A DNA stretch of 64,000 nt from positions 134,200 to 198,199 of the forward strand of contig CAZHYG010000001.1 in assembly GCA_964536615.1 (NCBI GenBank), given 5' to 3'. A program made the translations under genes and the position numbers. Below, piece after piece: positions 9,468 to 20,281 of the stretch. Origin of the DNA: an uncultured Gammaproteobacteria bacterium (GTDB lineage Bacteria > Patescibacteriota > Patescibacteriia > Magasanikbacterales > GWA2-37-8). Every line of letters begins with the position of its first letter. Positions within the stretch are counted from its first letter, which is position 1. The notes under the pieces were generated by a model. It had not been told where the DNA came from and did not search any database. It saw only the letters and a list, made by a program, of their open reading frames with translations.

Positions 9468-10817
9468 CTACACTTCAACTTGCACGCCTGGTTCGGCGGG
9501 TTCTGCCAGCACATGTTCTTTTTTAGATAATTTTTCAGCTAAATCTTCCGAGACATTTTCTTCACCGTGATTTAAAATAACTCTTTTCGGCTTGCCTGCA
9601 CCAATCCATGCCAGCAACTTTTCCTGATCCGCATGAGCCGACAACGCGCCAATCGCTTTTACATGGCAGCGCACCGGAATTCTTTCTCCCATAATTTCCA
9701 CCGGCGAATGTCCTTCTAAAATTTTTCTACCCAACGTTCCTTCGGATTGATACCCAACAATTAAAAGCGTATTTCTTTCATCGGATAAATATCTCATGGC
9801 GTGATGTAAAATTCTTCCTCCAGTCATCATGCCCGCGCCGGCGATAATAATTTTTGGCCCAGGCGTACTATTTATTTTTTTAGACTCTTCTTTTGTTTCA
9901 GTCATAACGAGTCCCGGAAAATCAAACAGGTCGTCGCCATTTTTTACAAAACCGGCAGCTTCAGCATCATAATATTTTGTATATTTAAGATAAATACGGG
10001 TTGCTTTGATGGCCAGCGGACTATCTACAAAAATCGGTATGCGCGGCAGCAAATGTTTGCGGTCAACGATTGTATTTAATTCGTAAATAAGTTCTTGGGT
10101 TCTTTCCAAAGAAAAAGACGGGATCATGAGTACGCCTCCGGTAGAAATGGCCGTGGAAATTAAAGCTGTCAGTGTTTCTTCGCGGTTCTTCATTTCTTCA
10201 TGCATGCGATTGCCATATGTTGATTCACATACCAACACATCGATATCCGAAGGCAGTGCTTCCGTGTCTCGCAAAATTGGCACGCGCACATTTCCCACAT
10301 CTCCGGAAAACACAACTTTTTTTCCTTCGGCGCGAATTTCTATAAACGCTGAACCAAAAATATGGCCGGCATCGTGAAAAGTCGCAGATACATCCGGAGC
10401 TATTTCTACAGAGCTGTTATATTCAACCGCCACACATCGCTCCATGACCGCCGCAATGTCGGCTGAATCATACAAAATCTCGGCGCCCTCATATCGATGA
10501 TTGTGAACCATGATTTGCGCCGCGTCTTCTAAAATAAGTTCTAACAGTTCAATGGTTGGGGCTGTAGCAAAAAATTTGCCCTGATAGCCTTGTTTTACCA
10601 AAATTGGCAGCCTGCCTACATGGTCTAAGTGAGCGTGCGTAACAAGCACCGCCTGTAATTGCGCCGGATCAAACTTCAATGGTTCTTTATTTTTTTCTTC
10701 TTTCATATAACCGCCTTGATACATGCCGCAATCAACCAAAAAATACCGCCCGGCTGCTGTAAACATGGTGCATGACCCGGTTACTTCTCCTGCTCCTCCA
10801 TAAAAAGAGATGTTCAT
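9468..10817 (-). CDS. MBL-fold beta-CASP ribonuclease (RNase J/CPSF-like metallo-hydrolase)
   Basis: HAHLDHVGRLP motif, beta-CASP and RNA-metabolising MBL C-terminus. Start placed at MNISFYGGAGEV. The ORF track extends to 10919 with a hydrophobic, AT-rich, probably spurious leader. Confidence 0.8.
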   Translation of the reverse strand: MNISFYGGAGEVTGSCTMFTAAGRYFLVDCGMYQGGYMKEEKNKEPLKFDPAQLQAVLVTHAHLDHVGRLPILVKQGYQGKFFATAPTIELLELILEDAAQIMVHNHRYEGAEILYDSADIAAVMERCVAVEYNSSVEIAPDVSATFHDAGHIFGSAFIEIRAEGKKVVFSGDVGNVRVPILRDTEALPSDIDVLVCESTYGNRMHEEMKNREETLTALISTAISTGGVLMIPSFSLERTQELIYELNTIVDRKHLLPRIPIFVDSPLAIKATRIYLKYTKYYDAEAAGFVKNGDDLFDFPGLVMTETKEESKKINSTPGPKIIIAGAGMMTGGRILHHAMRYLSDERNTLLIVGYQSEGTLGRKILEGHSPVEIMGERIPVRCHVKAIGALSAHADQEKLLAWIGAGKPKRVILNHGEENVSEDLAEKLSKKEHVLAEPAEPGVQVEV

Positions 10818-10932
10818 ACTATATATTGCAGTTAGAAAACATAAAAACAGTATATCAAAAACAAATAAAGCAAACAAATAAAGCCCTACCCAAAAAAATA
10901 TTTTTCTGATACAATACATCTACTAAAAATGT

Positions 10933-11631
10933 ATGCGACGCGATTTAGAAAATGTAGAAATAGTAGAGCCGCCAATTGGCGAATTAACCAGAAAATATTC
11001 GGCATTTTCCGCCATTAAACGCGCCTGTCTCACCGGGTGCGGCTGTTTGTTTTTGCTTATTATCGGTATTATTATTTTTATTCGTATAGCTATGGGCAGC
11101 GGCCCTTCCACCCTCTCCCACGTACCAGATAATTTTCCTGCCGATATTCCCGTTTACGATCCCGACAGTATTGAAAAAATTACTTTTATTTCCGGAAAAT
11201 ATAAAAACAGAGGCATAGAAATTGCGGCTATCTTTCCAAAAATAATCCTATCGCCACTGCTTCTGAACATGAACAAAGATACAACTGCTGAAAATTCCAC
11301 AGATAAAATAACTTCGGTTACCAGCTTATGGAAAATGATAAGCGCGCCTGTCAGCGACCATCGCGACACTGTGCAAATTGAATGGAGCAAACTTGATGCT
11401 GAACCGTATTTTATTATTGGCTACTATAAAACGGAGCTGAAGAAAAAAGCATACACGATAGAAGTAGAAAGTGAAGGAGAAAATGTAATGCAATTTTCTT
11501 TCCGAAAAAATGACGCCAGCGGTTCCGTATACGTACAAGGAAAACCAGGGCAAGGAGCCGAATACGCAGTCCTCACCCTCAACTTGCCAGCTTCAACAAC
11601 CTCCACACCGGCAACAGACAAAACACCATAA
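10933..11631 (+). CDS. Hypothetical membrane-anchored protein
   Basis: One TM helix near the N-terminus. No recognisable motifs. 232 aa. Confidence 0.45.
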   Translation: MRRDLENVEIVEPPIGELTRKYSAFSAIKRACLTGCGCLFLLIIGIIIFIRIAMGSGPSTLSHVPDNFPADIPVYDPDSIEKITFISGKYKNRGIEIAAIFPKIILSPLLLNMNKDTTAENSTDKITSVTSLWKMISAPVSDHRDTVQIEWSKLDAEPYFIIGYYKTELKKKAYTIEVESEGENVMQFSFRKNDASGSVYVQGKPGQGAEYAVLTLNLPASTTSTPATDKTP

Positions 11632-11637
11632 GCAACT

Positions 11638-13254
11638 ATGATAAAATTTTTTAACAGCCGTTCAAAATCTGTAACCGGTGCCGCGCTCATTATCTCTGTC
11701 GCCACTCTTATAAGCCGCATTACCGGCTTGGCTCGGGACAGAATTTTTGCACACTATTTTAGCGCCGGCCCAACCATGGACGCCTACTACGCGGCTTTTA
11801 AAATTCCCGACCTAATTTATAACCTGCTTATTATCGGTGCTTTAAGCGCCGGTTTTATTCCTACCTTTACCAAACTATTTAATCAGGGCGAAGATAAAAC
11901 CGAAGCCTGGAAACTTGCCAATAACGTTCTTAATATAACTGCTGCCTCGCTTATAATTTTAAGCATTATCTGCATTGCTTTTGCCGGTTTTTTTGCCCCT
12001 ATAATCGCCCCTGGTTTTAGCGCCGACTCACAGAATCTGGTAGCGCAGATGACTAGAATTATGTTTGGCTCAACCGTATTACTTGGTATTTCAATGGTAA
12101 TCGGAGGTATCTTACAATCACTGCGCGCTTTTTTCTTATACTCGCTAGCGCCTATTTTTTATAACTTGGGCATTATTACCGGGGCTGTTGTATTTGCGCC
12201 GCTTTTTGGCACTACCGGACTAGCTTGGGGTGTGGTACTAGGCGCTTTCTTGCATGTTTCTTTACAAACATACAGCGCATACAAAAATGGATTTAGATGG
12301 CACTGGTATATCAATATACAAGACAAATATACCCGCACAGTTGGCAGATTAATGATTCCTCGCACACTGGGTTTGGCTATCAGCCAGCTCAACCTGGTAA
12401 TTATCACCATACTCGCATCACTTTTACCTGTGGGCAGCGTGACTGTTTTTAACTTTGCCAACAATCTTCAAGCTGTGCCAATCGGAATTATCGGTATCCC
12501 ATTTGCTCTAGCGGTATTTCCCCTCCTTTCGGCTGCGGCTGCCAACAATAACGAAGAAGAATTTATCAAACATCTTTCTTCTACTATCCGTCAAACATTA
12601 TTTTTAATCATTCCATCATCCATAATTATTTTATTGCTACGCGCACAAACTGTGCGTATTATTTACGGCACAGGAAAATTTGATTGGAACGCAACCGTCA
12701 CCACCGCCGACACTCTGGCATTTTTTGCCCTAAGCTTATGCGCTCAGGCCCTCATACCAATTCTGGCGCGCGCCTTTTACGCTCTGGCCGACACTAAAAC
12801 ACCATTTGTAATTGGCATCATTTCCGAACTCACCACCATTATTGCAGCGCTCTTGCTTATGAAACCGTTCGGTGTTGCCGGTCTAGCCCTGGCTTTTTCC
12901 GTAGGTTCGTTTTTAAACATGGTTTTATTGTTTATTTCTCTAAAACACATAACTAAAACCATAGATGGCGAGCGAATTTTCTCTTCTTTGTACCGCATGA
13001 CCATTGCGGCGCTTTTTATGGGCGTAACTGTACAACTTGTCAAAGAGCCTTTAGCTACAATTTTTAACCAAGATTATTTTTTGGGTATTTTAGGCCAAGG
13101 AACAACCGCCGCAATCGCAGGTCTGGCAATTTATTTGGTAATATGTTACCTTTTGAAAGTCCCTGAACTTATTCAGATTAAACAAACTGTTGGCAACCGC
13201 CTCTTTAAACAGAAGGTATTACCGACCGAAGAGTCTATAGAAGCTAGCGCGTAA
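11638..13254 (+). CDS. murJ: Lipid II flippase MurJ (MviN)
   Basis: N-terminus LISRITGLARDRIFAHYF...DAYYAAFKIPD. ~14 TM helices. 538 aa. Confidence 0.9.
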   Translation: MIKFFNSRSKSVTGAALIISVATLISRITGLARDRIFAHYFSAGPTMDAYYAAFKIPDLIYNLLIIGALSAGFIPTFTKLFNQGEDKTEAWKLANNVLNITAASLIILSIICIAFAGFFAPIIAPGFSADSQNLVAQMTRIMFGSTVLLGISMVIGGILQSLRAFFLYSLAPIFYNLGIITGAVVFAPLFGTTGLAWGVVLGAFLHVSLQTYSAYKNGFRWHWYINIQDKYTRTVGRLMIPRTLGLAISQLNLVIITILASLLPVGSVTVFNFANNLQAVPIGIIGIPFALAVFPLLSAAAANNNEEEFIKHLSSTIRQTLFLIIPSSIIILLLRAQTVRIIYGTGKFDWNATVTTADTLAFFALSLCAQALIPILARAFYALADTKTPFVIGIISELTTIIAALLLMKPFGVAGLALAFSVGSFLNMVLLFISLKHITKTIDGERIFSSLYRMTIAALFMGVTVQLVKEPLATIFNQDYFLGILGQGTTAAIAGLAIYLVICYLLKVPELIQIKQTVGNRLFKQKVLPTEESIEASA

Positions 13255-13257
13255 AAT

Positions 13258-15069
13258 ATGACCAGTAACATTCGTAATTTTTGCATCATTGCCCACATTG
13301 ATCATGGCAAAAGCACGCTCGCCGATCGTCTTTTAGAATTTACCGGCACAGTTTCTCGGCGCGATATGAAGGAGCAGCTGCTTGACTCAATGGAATTGGA
13401 GCGCGAACGGGGCATCACTATCAAATTGACACCTGTGCGCATGACTTATACTCGCCCTGACCAGACATACACCATCAACCTTATAGACACTCCCGGGCAT
13501 GTGGATTTTAACTACGAAGTATCCCGATCGCTAGCCGCTGTTGAAGGCGCGTTACTTTTGGTTGATGCCAGCCAAGGTGTGCAAGCGCAAACTATCGGTA
13601 ATTTATATTTAGCGATTGAACAAAATTTAACTATCATACCGGTTATCAATAAAATTGACATGCCTAATGCCAATATAGAAAAAACCAAAGCCGAACTGAT
13701 ACATCTTCTCGGCTGCAAACCGGAAGAAATAATTTTAGCATCAGGCAAAACAGGGCAAGGCGTTGAAGAGATACTTCAAGCCATTATTGACCGCGTGCCG
13801 CCACCTACCGACAACACCGTCCAACCTCCGCGCGCTCTTATTTTTGATTCTGTCTATAATGATTATAAAGGCGTAATAGCTTCCATTAGAGTTGTGGATG
13901 GCAAGCTAAAAAAAGGCGATAAAATTTTCTTACTTGGCACCAGCACCCCAGCTGAAGTGTTAGAAGTTGGATATTATAAACCAAAATTTCAGCCAGCAGA
14001 ACAAATTCAAAACGGAGAAATCGGCTATTGCATCACCGGCCTAAAAGATCTTAAAGACTGCCGCGTCGGTGACACTATTACCACTTATCGCGACGAAGAC
14101 GAATCTGACATGTACCCACAACCTTTGCCAGGATATAAAGAAGTAAAGCCAATGGTGTACGCCGGCATCTTTCCAAAAGAAGGAGATGATTATCAAGAGT
14201 TGCGCGATGCAATTGATAAATTAAAGCTTAACGACGCTTCCCTGTTTTATGAGCCGGAACATTCTCTGGCGCTTGGCTTTGGTTTTCGCTGCGGATTCTT
14301 AGGGCTGCTTCACTTGGACATCTTCCAAGAGCGCTTAAGCCGCGAACACAATTTGGAAATTATTATTACCGTTCCTAGTGTTGCATACCGCATCATGAAC
14401 AAAACCGGACAAGAAAAAATCATACATAGCCCCCAAGAAATGCCAGACCCAACTCATATTGAACATATTCTTGAACCGTGGATGAAACTGGATATTATCA
14501 CGCCTAAAGATTTTGTCGGTAATATTATGGGACTAGTTTCCGAACGAAAAGGAAAATATATTAACACCGAATATTTAAGCACTGGCACAGATCAGCGCGC
14601 GATGCTTCATTATGATATTCCCTTGGCATCGCTCATTACCGATTTTTATGATAAACTAAAGACCGTTACTTCCGGTTACGCGTCTATGAACTACGAATTT
14701 AAAAATTACGAGGAAACAGACGTGGTACGGCTAGATATTATGGTAGCCGAGGAACAAGTAGAAGCTTTGGCTACGCTCGTTTGGCGCGACCAAGCATACA
14801 AAATTGGCAAAAAAATTGTAGAGTCCCTTAAAGAATCTCTACCGAAACAGCAGTTTGTATTAAAAATACAAGCATCTGTGGGCGGTAAAGTTATCGCTGC
14901 CGATCGCCTATCCGCTTTACGCAAAGATGTGTTGGCAAAAATGAGCGGTGGCGACTACACTCGTAAAATGAAATTATTACAGAAGCAAAAGAAAGGCAAA
15001 CAACGCTTGCTCGCCCATGGCAAAATAGACATTCCGTCAGAAACATATTTATCCGTTCTCAAACGATAA
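13258..15069 (+). CDS. lepA: Translation elongation factor 4 (LepA)
   Basis: IRNFCIIAHIDHGKSTLADRL G-domain and LepA C-terminal domain. 603 aa. Confidence 0.95.
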   Translation: MTSNIRNFCIIAHIDHGKSTLADRLLEFTGTVSRRDMKEQLLDSMELERERGITIKLTPVRMTYTRPDQTYTINLIDTPGHVDFNYEVSRSLAAVEGALLLVDASQGVQAQTIGNLYLAIEQNLTIIPVINKIDMPNANIEKTKAELIHLLGCKPEEIILASGKTGQGVEEILQAIIDRVPPPTDNTVQPPRALIFDSVYNDYKGVIASIRVVDGKLKKGDKIFLLGTSTPAEVLEVGYYKPKFQPAEQIQNGEIGYCITGLKDLKDCRVGDTITTYRDEDESDMYPQPLPGYKEVKPMVYAGIFPKEGDDYQELRDAIDKLKLNDASLFYEPEHSLALGFGFRCGFLGLLHLDIFQERLSREHNLEIIITVPSVAYRIMNKTGQEKIIHSPQEMPDPTHIEHILEPWMKLDIITPKDFVGNIMGLVSERKGKYINTEYLSTGTDQRAMLHYDIPLASLITDFYDKLKTVTSGYASMNYEFKNYEETDVVRLDIMVAEEQVEALATLVWRDQAYKIGKKIVESLKESLPKQQFVLKIQASVGGKVIAADRLSALRKDVLAKMSGGDYTRKMKLLQKQKKGKQRLLAHGKIDIPSETYLSVLKR

Positions 15070-15095
15070 TCACAGCATCTTTGCTAACATATTAT

Positions 15096-15191
15096 ATGAA
15101 ACACAAAATGGTACGAAAAATCTGGATCGCTATTTCCCTGGTTGCTATTCTGGCAATGATTGTATTTAGTTTTTTGCCAGCGCTCCAATAA
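15096..15191 (+). CDS. Possible 31-aa hydrophobic micro-protein (MKHKMVRKIWIAISLVAILAMIVFSFLPALQ)
   Basis: Short ATG..TAA ORF in the lepA-downstream spacer with a single TM-like helix. Below the ORF-track cutoff. No RBS check possible. Confidence 0.2.
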   Translation: MKHKMVRKIWIAISLVAILAMIVFSFLPALQ

Positions 15192-15199
15192 TATTTTCT

Positions 15200-15598
15200 A
15201 TGAAGATTTTGCGCGCATATCAGCTTGATATCATTTTTCTGTATTTTGCGCTGCTGATTTTTTTGGGAATTGCGTTATTTATTTTAGAAGAAATAAGGGT
15301 TGATGCGCATGCGTTTGAATGGTATATAGCCGGGCCAATATTTGCTTTTTATATCTGGCATATCTGGAATAGGCGCGCAAACATACAGTTATCTCAACGC
15401 CGCACCCTCACAAGCAAAACACTTTGTTACTGGCTAAGTCTTGGCGCAACCTTATTCCTCGGCTCTACATATTCAATCCCGGTTACTGAATATGCCAGCA
15501 TATATCTTTTCTTTATTATTTTTTCGGTACTTCTAGCAGACTCATATTGGGATTTTAAAAAAATCAGTCTGAAACGCTTATTCGCTAAACAAGTTTAA
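15200..15598 (+). CDS. Hypothetical membrane protein
   Basis: 132 aa with 3-4 hydrophobic segments. Overlaps the recJ start by 1 nt. Confidence 0.4.
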   Translation: MKILRAYQLDIIFLYFALLIFLGIALFILEEIRVDAHAFEWYIAGPIFAFYIWHIWNRRANIQLSQRRTLTSKTLCYWLSLGATLFLGSTYSIPVTEYASIYLFFIIFSVLLADSYWDFKKISLKRLFAKQV

Positions 15599-15599
15599 T

Positions 15600-17381
15600 A
15601 TGCAAAAAAAATGGATTACCCTTCCCCCGCCTCCTGAAGAGTTTATAAATTCCCACCCTGAATTACCGACTATTATTTCTCGCCTATTATGGAACAGAAA
15701 TTTACGCACCCAAAAACAGATTGATGAATTTCTAAATCCAGACTATTCACAAGATGTGCTTGATCCATTTTTGTTTCAAAATATGGAGACAGCCACTGAC
15801 ATTATCTTGGAAGCCATCAAAAACCAGGAGCGCATTGTAGTGCATGGCGATTATGACGCAGATGGCGTATGCGCCGCCGCAATCATAATCACCTGTTTAA
15901 GGAAACTTGGATCAGCCAATACTCATGTTTTTATTCCCCATCGCGAAACCGACGGCTATGGCTTAAACACCAGAACTATAGAACTGCTCGCAGAACAAAA
16001 AACAGATCTCATCATTACCTGTGATTGCGGAATAAGTAATTATGCCGAGGTTGAATTGGCAAAAGAAAAAGGCATAAAAGTTATTATTACCGACCACCAC
16101 ACAGTGCCAAACAAAATTCCGCGCGCAGATGCTATCGTGCATCCGCTAGTTCCACAAGAACCATACCCTGATAAAGGGTTGTGTGGTGCGGGTGTGGCTT
16201 TCAAACTCATCCAAGCCTTGTTAAAAAAATATGCTCATCACAACACCGCCCTACCTGACGGACAAACTTTTGAAAGTTTTGAAAAATGGATGTTGGATTT
16301 AGTTGCCATTGCCTCTATCGGCGATATGGTGCCGCTACTGGGCGAGTCAAGAACTCTAACTCGCTACGGACTTACCGTAATAAATAAAACAAAAAATATC
16401 GGCCTCAAAAAACTTCTAATCGCATCTGGCTTATCTGACGAAAATGGCAACCCGAAACGAGGCGCGTACACTGCTTACAGCCTCAGCTTCCAAGTAATCC
16501 CTCGCATTAACGCAGCTGGGCGCATGGACCACGCAAACACAGCTTTTGCTTTACTTATGGCTACCGACGAAACTGAAGCAGCGAACCTAGCAGCTCAACT
16601 TAACAAAAATAATGTTGATCGACAAAAAATAACCGAACAATACGTAGCCGAAGCCAGACGGCAAATAAAAGAAGGCGACCAACAGCACAGCCCTGTTTTA
16701 TTTGTGCTAGGCAAAGGCTGGCCAACCGGCATTCTAGGCCTTATTTCTGGAAAAATAAAAGACGAGTATCACAAACCGTCAATCGTTATGTCTGAAACCG
16801 AAAAAGAAATTACCGGATCCGGACGAAGCATTAAAGAATTCAATTTGATTAAAACCTTACAAGAAATGCCGGAAGTATTTGCTAAATTTGGCGGACACCC
16901 CCAAGCCTGCGGCTTTACTCTGCGCGACAAAACAGCTGTAGATGAATTTAAATCTAAAATTACCGAAAAGGCAAAACATGCCACCACCGAAGTTGATCTG
17001 ACCCCGCAAATTATTATTGACGCGGAAATAGATATGGATGAAGTGAATTGGAAATTATATGATCTGCTTGAAAAATTTGAACCGTTTGGACAAGCCAACG
17101 AAGAACCGACATACGTAGCCAGAGGCGCAACCATCGTCGGCATTGAACCGGTTGGGCAAGATGGCAAGCATTTGCGAATGACCGTCAAACATAATTCGCA
17201 TATTGTAAAAAAGACTATCGGCTTTGGACTAGGCGATGTAAAAAAATATGAAGAAAACTGGAAAGAGAATCTAAAACCCGGAGATAAGGTTGATATGGTA
17301 TTTTCCATCAGCGTTAACGAATGGAACGGCAACCGTGAATTGCAAATGACTGTAGAAGACTTGAAAAAAAATATCCAATAG
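15600..17381 (+). CDS. recJ: Single-stranded-DNA-specific exonuclease RecJ
   Basis: DHH motifs (HGDYDADGVCAAAI, ITDHH), DHHA1 domain (GGHPQACG) and OB-fold tail. 593 aa. Confidence 0.92.
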   Translation: MQKKWITLPPPPEEFINSHPELPTIISRLLWNRNLRTQKQIDEFLNPDYSQDVLDPFLFQNMETATDIILEAIKNQERIVVHGDYDADGVCAAAIIITCLRKLGSANTHVFIPHRETDGYGLNTRTIELLAEQKTDLIITCDCGISNYAEVELAKEKGIKVIITDHHTVPNKIPRADAIVHPLVPQEPYPDKGLCGAGVAFKLIQALLKKYAHHNTALPDGQTFESFEKWMLDLVAIASIGDMVPLLGESRTLTRYGLTVINKTKNIGLKKLLIASGLSDENGNPKRGAYTAYSLSFQVIPRINAAGRMDHANTAFALLMATDETEAANLAAQLNKNNVDRQKITEQYVAEARRQIKEGDQQHSPVLFVLGKGWPTGILGLISGKIKDEYHKPSIVMSETEKEITGSGRSIKEFNLIKTLQEMPEVFAKFGGHPQACGFTLRDKTAVDEFKSKITEKAKHATTEVDLTPQIIIDAEIDMDEVNWKLYDLLEKFEPFGQANEEPTYVARGATIVGIEPVGQDGKHLRMTVKHNSHIVKKTIGFGLGDVKKYEENWKENLKPGDKVDMVFSISVNEWNGNRELQMTVEDLKKNIQ

Positions 17382-17406
17382 CGCATGTCTATTGGATATT
17401 TTTAAA

Positions 17407-17718
17407 CTATTTTGTTTTTATTTCTTTTTCCAGATCTGACCATCTTTTTTTCAGCTCACGGATCAATTGATTTTTCATTTCTACGGCCATTTCTTTTTTA
17501 AGCGCATATTCTTCTACAGCACGCTCTACCAACGCATCGTACATTTCTTTGGTTGGTCCTTCCAGCTGCATAAGACTCTCCTTCAACTGACCAAATAGAT
17601 CATTTGCCTGCACCATAATTTTTTCTCGCATCTCTTTTCCTTTAGGAGTCGCATTGAGCCACATGAGCGCCGCCCCAAGCAAGCTACCTAAAAAAAGTCC
17701 TTTTTTAAATCTGCCCAT
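17407..17718 (-). CDS. YtxH-like (DUF948) small membrane/stress protein
   Basis: N-terminal GLFLGSLLGAALMWL helix followed by a charged coiled region. 103 aa. Confidence 0.45.
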   Translation of the reverse strand: MGRFKKGLFLGSLLGAALMWLNATPKGKEMREKIMVQANDLFGQLKESLMQLEGPTKEMYDALVERAVEEYALKKEMAVEMKNQLIRELKKRWSDLEKEIKTK

Positions 17719-17736
17719 AGTAGATATACATTATGA

Positions 17737-18339
17737 TTAAGCGATAAAATTATTATACACCATCGCCATTTTAACGGCAAGCTGCATTTGCTCTGGCTGC
17801 GCCTTTAATTTTTTATCAACTGATATCTGATCTAAAAAAAATACTTTTTTACCTTCCGGCATAGAACGTACACCAGAAAAAGCACCCATAATTTCTCGAT
17901 TTTGATATATAACCGAACTGGCAGCTCTAAATATTTTAGGCATATAGACACGATTATACAACCATATATAGCCAGCAAAAACATCGGACACAACCACATC
18001 ACGATAATAACTCACTAAAAACGGCACCTGCGGATTATGCTGTTGCCACTGTAGAATTAAACGAGCCGCACCCAAAAACGGGCAGTGGATATGAACCAAA
18101 TCAGAACTATTCAAATCTGTTATAAGATCGCGGCCATTCATACTCCCTATATATGCATGCGTATTTTTTGACGCTTCTTGTGCCTCTGTTTTCATTCTTT
18201 TATTTACACTCTCATACTGCAATGTAAACAAATCAGTCTCAATACCGATATTTTGGAGCCCTCCAGCCAACTGAAATGCTGCAGATCGAATATCTTCAAA
18301 GTAATTAAATGCTGCTGGCACAATATGAGTAACACGCAT
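17737..18339 (-). CDS. Orphan GT4 N-terminal (Glyco_trans_4-like) domain protein
   Basis: MRVTHIVPAAF...GG...GIETDLFT resembles the GT4 N-domain. No C-terminal catalytic half. 200 aa. Confidence 0.4.
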   Translation of the reverse strand: MRVTHIVPAAFNYFEDIRSAAFQLAGGLQNIGIETDLFTLQYESVNKRMKTEAQEASKNTHAYIGSMNGRDLITDLNSSDLVHIHCPFLGAARLILQWQQHNPQVPFLVSYYRDVVVSDVFAGYIWLYNRVYMPKIFRAASSVIYQNREIMGAFSGVRSMPEGKKVFFLDQISVDKKLKAQPEQMQLAVKMAMVYNNFIA

Positions 18340-18342
18340 AAA

Positions 18343-19170
18343 TTATTTTTTAACAGCCGTCACATGAACATTAGGAGAGGGCAATCGTGAGAAGATAACA
18401 GACTCTATAAACACAATCGCATTTACTAAACTTTTAATCACACGCAATACTCCTCCGCCCCGCGCATGCAAATTTTCAAAATACTGTTCATTGTTGACCT
18501 GCGAAAGCTTATGTTTTTTAGCAAAACGATCCATGGAAAAAAAAGCGGCAATACCAAGCAGCTGGCCAATAATTTGTTCGCTGTATACTTTGACTCGCAC
18601 TGCTAAACCATGTGATTCAACCATGCTAAATAACTGAGCCCGAGAAAATCGATTTATATGACCTGCATACATCCGAGTAAGCTCCGCGCCTATACCAACA
18701 CGGCGCAATGCGTTCCAAATAGAAAATACATCGCCTTCACACGGCACAAATGCATAAAACACACCGCCCTTTTTTAAAGTTCTGGCTACTTCAGACAAAA
18801 TCGCATCCGGATCGGGCACATGTTCTAGCACATCATACAAAACAATCGCATCAAAAAAATTATCTTCATAGGGCAGCCTTTTTTCTTCGCTCAGATCATA
18901 CACAACCCCATCATGAGCCTGTCTAGCAATTGCTAAAGCGCTATCGCTGATATCGGACCCATAACATTTAAGATCAGGGCGAATAGCTGCAATAGCGCGG
19001 ATAAATTGACCTGCGCCACAACCAAGCTCCATCACTCGCGCTCCAGGCGCAAGGCCCCGCAAAGCATGAACACTTTGCCTCAAACGAAAACTGGTTGGCG
19101 ATGTAATAGCGCGGCTTGCCACTCCATTTCCCCACACTGATTGCTCGTAGTCAAATTGAGTTTCTGTCAT
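18343..19170 (-). CDS. Class I SAM-dependent methyltransferase
   Basis: VMELGCGAGQF motif I, a D-x-S motif and the YDVLEHV post-II motif. 275 aa. Confidence 0.8.
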   Translation of the reverse strand: MTETQFDYEQSVWGNGVASRAITSPTSFRLRQSVHALRGLAPGARVMELGCGAGQFIRAIAAIRPDLKCYGSDISDSALAIARQAHDGVVYDLSEEKRLPYEDNFFDAIVLYDVLEHVPDPDAILSEVARTLKKGGVFYAFVPCEGDVFSIWNALRRVGIGAELTRMYAGHINRFSRAQLFSMVESHGLAVRVKVYSEQIIGQLLGIAAFFSMDRFAKKHKLSQVNNEQYFENLHARGGGVLRVIKSLVNAIVFIESVIFSRLPSPNVHVTAVKK

Positions 19171-19178
19171 ATAAAAAA

Positions 19179-20273
19179 TTATTTTACAAACACGCTTGCA
19201 TATATTTTTTCCAGCGCATCAAGATGGCGCGCTAAGCTGTATTTTTGATTAACCTCGTCTATTTGTCGATTGGCAATATCTTTTTTTTCTTGATCTGATA
19301 GAGAGAGCGCTTTATCAATCGCTTGAGCCAAGCTTGCAGCAGAGCCTTTTTCAAAAAAAATTGCCTGAGCGTTTCTGCGCGATAGCCCAGAAGCATTACT
19401 GAGCACCATCGGCACACCACAGGCCATCGCTTCTATGGCCACCAAAGAAAAAGATTCATAATCTGAAGGCACAACCACACAAGACGCACTGGTATAATAT
19501 TCAGCCATATCCTCTTTTTTGGCTTGCAAACCCACAAACACCACCCGCGAATCCAGACGCAACTGTTGCACTAAACCGCGACAATGAAGCATTTCCGGCC
19601 CTTCACCAACCACCACCAGTTTTGCACCTGAACTTTTCAACATAGGCATAGCCTGAATAAGCAAATCAAGCCGTTTCACAGGCAATATATTTCCAACAAA
19701 TAAAATATTTTTTTCATCTTTTTTTGCGCTATCTGACCTTGGAGTAAATACGCGCATATCAACACCGTTGCTCAATTCAATCAGCTTATTTTTTGCAATA
19801 ATCCGCGACCATTTTGTATTTGAAAAATCAACCTGGTCAACTGTAATATTTTTTTTTGCTTTGAAAGATAACAAGCGAGGCCAAATTGCATTATATACGC
19901 CTCCAATGATTTTTTTTAACCCGGACAACTGCGCTTCCATATGCCAAGTAATCACAATTGGCATTTTTAAAAACAATACCCATTCCGCTCCCCCAAAAAA
20001 AGGATAATGCAGATGAAGAATGTCAAAATTTCTGATATGCCAGATAACCTGCGGCACAAAACCTGCGTCACCATAACGCAACCAGGGCTTTAACCGAACA
20101 ATCTTAAAAGAAAATTGTTTGTCATGCTCTGTATAATCGCGTTTATCGTACTGCATGGTAAATACCGTAACATCATGCCCGCGCGCTGCCATACCGCTTG
20201 CTTCTTGAGCGCACACACTACCCATGCCGCCCAGCTGTGGTGAAAAAGTTGAAACAAGATGAGCAATACGCAT
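19179..20273 (-). CDS. Glycosyltransferase family 4 (GT-B)
   Basis: MRIAHLV...GGMGSV N-domain and a C-terminal GT1 domain with the E-x7-E region. 364 aa. Confidence 0.8.
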   Translation of the reverse strand: MRIAHLVSTFSPQLGGMGSVCAQEASGMAARGHDVTVFTMQYDKRDYTEHDKQFSFKIVRLKPWLRYGDAGFVPQVIWHIRNFDILHLHYPFFGGAEWVLFLKMPIVITWHMEAQLSGLKKIIGGVYNAIWPRLLSFKAKKNITVDQVDFSNTKWSRIIAKNKLIELSNGVDMRVFTPRSDSAKKDEKNILFVGNILPVKRLDLLIQAMPMLKSSGAKLVVVGEGPEMLHCRGLVQQLRLDSRVVFVGLQAKKEDMAEYYTSASCVVVPSDYESFSLVAIEAMACGVPMVLSNASGLSRRNAQAIFFEKGSAASLAQAIDKALSLSDQEKKDIANRQIDEVNQKYSLARHLDALEKIYASVFVK

Positions 20274-20281
20274 ACAAATAT

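Noticed and set aside
10818-10919. N-terminal 34-aa hydrophobic extension of the MBL ribonuclease
   Set aside because: The region is AT-rich and intergenic-like, and homologues of this family start at the MBL core. It is kept as a note in case it is a genuine TM anchor.
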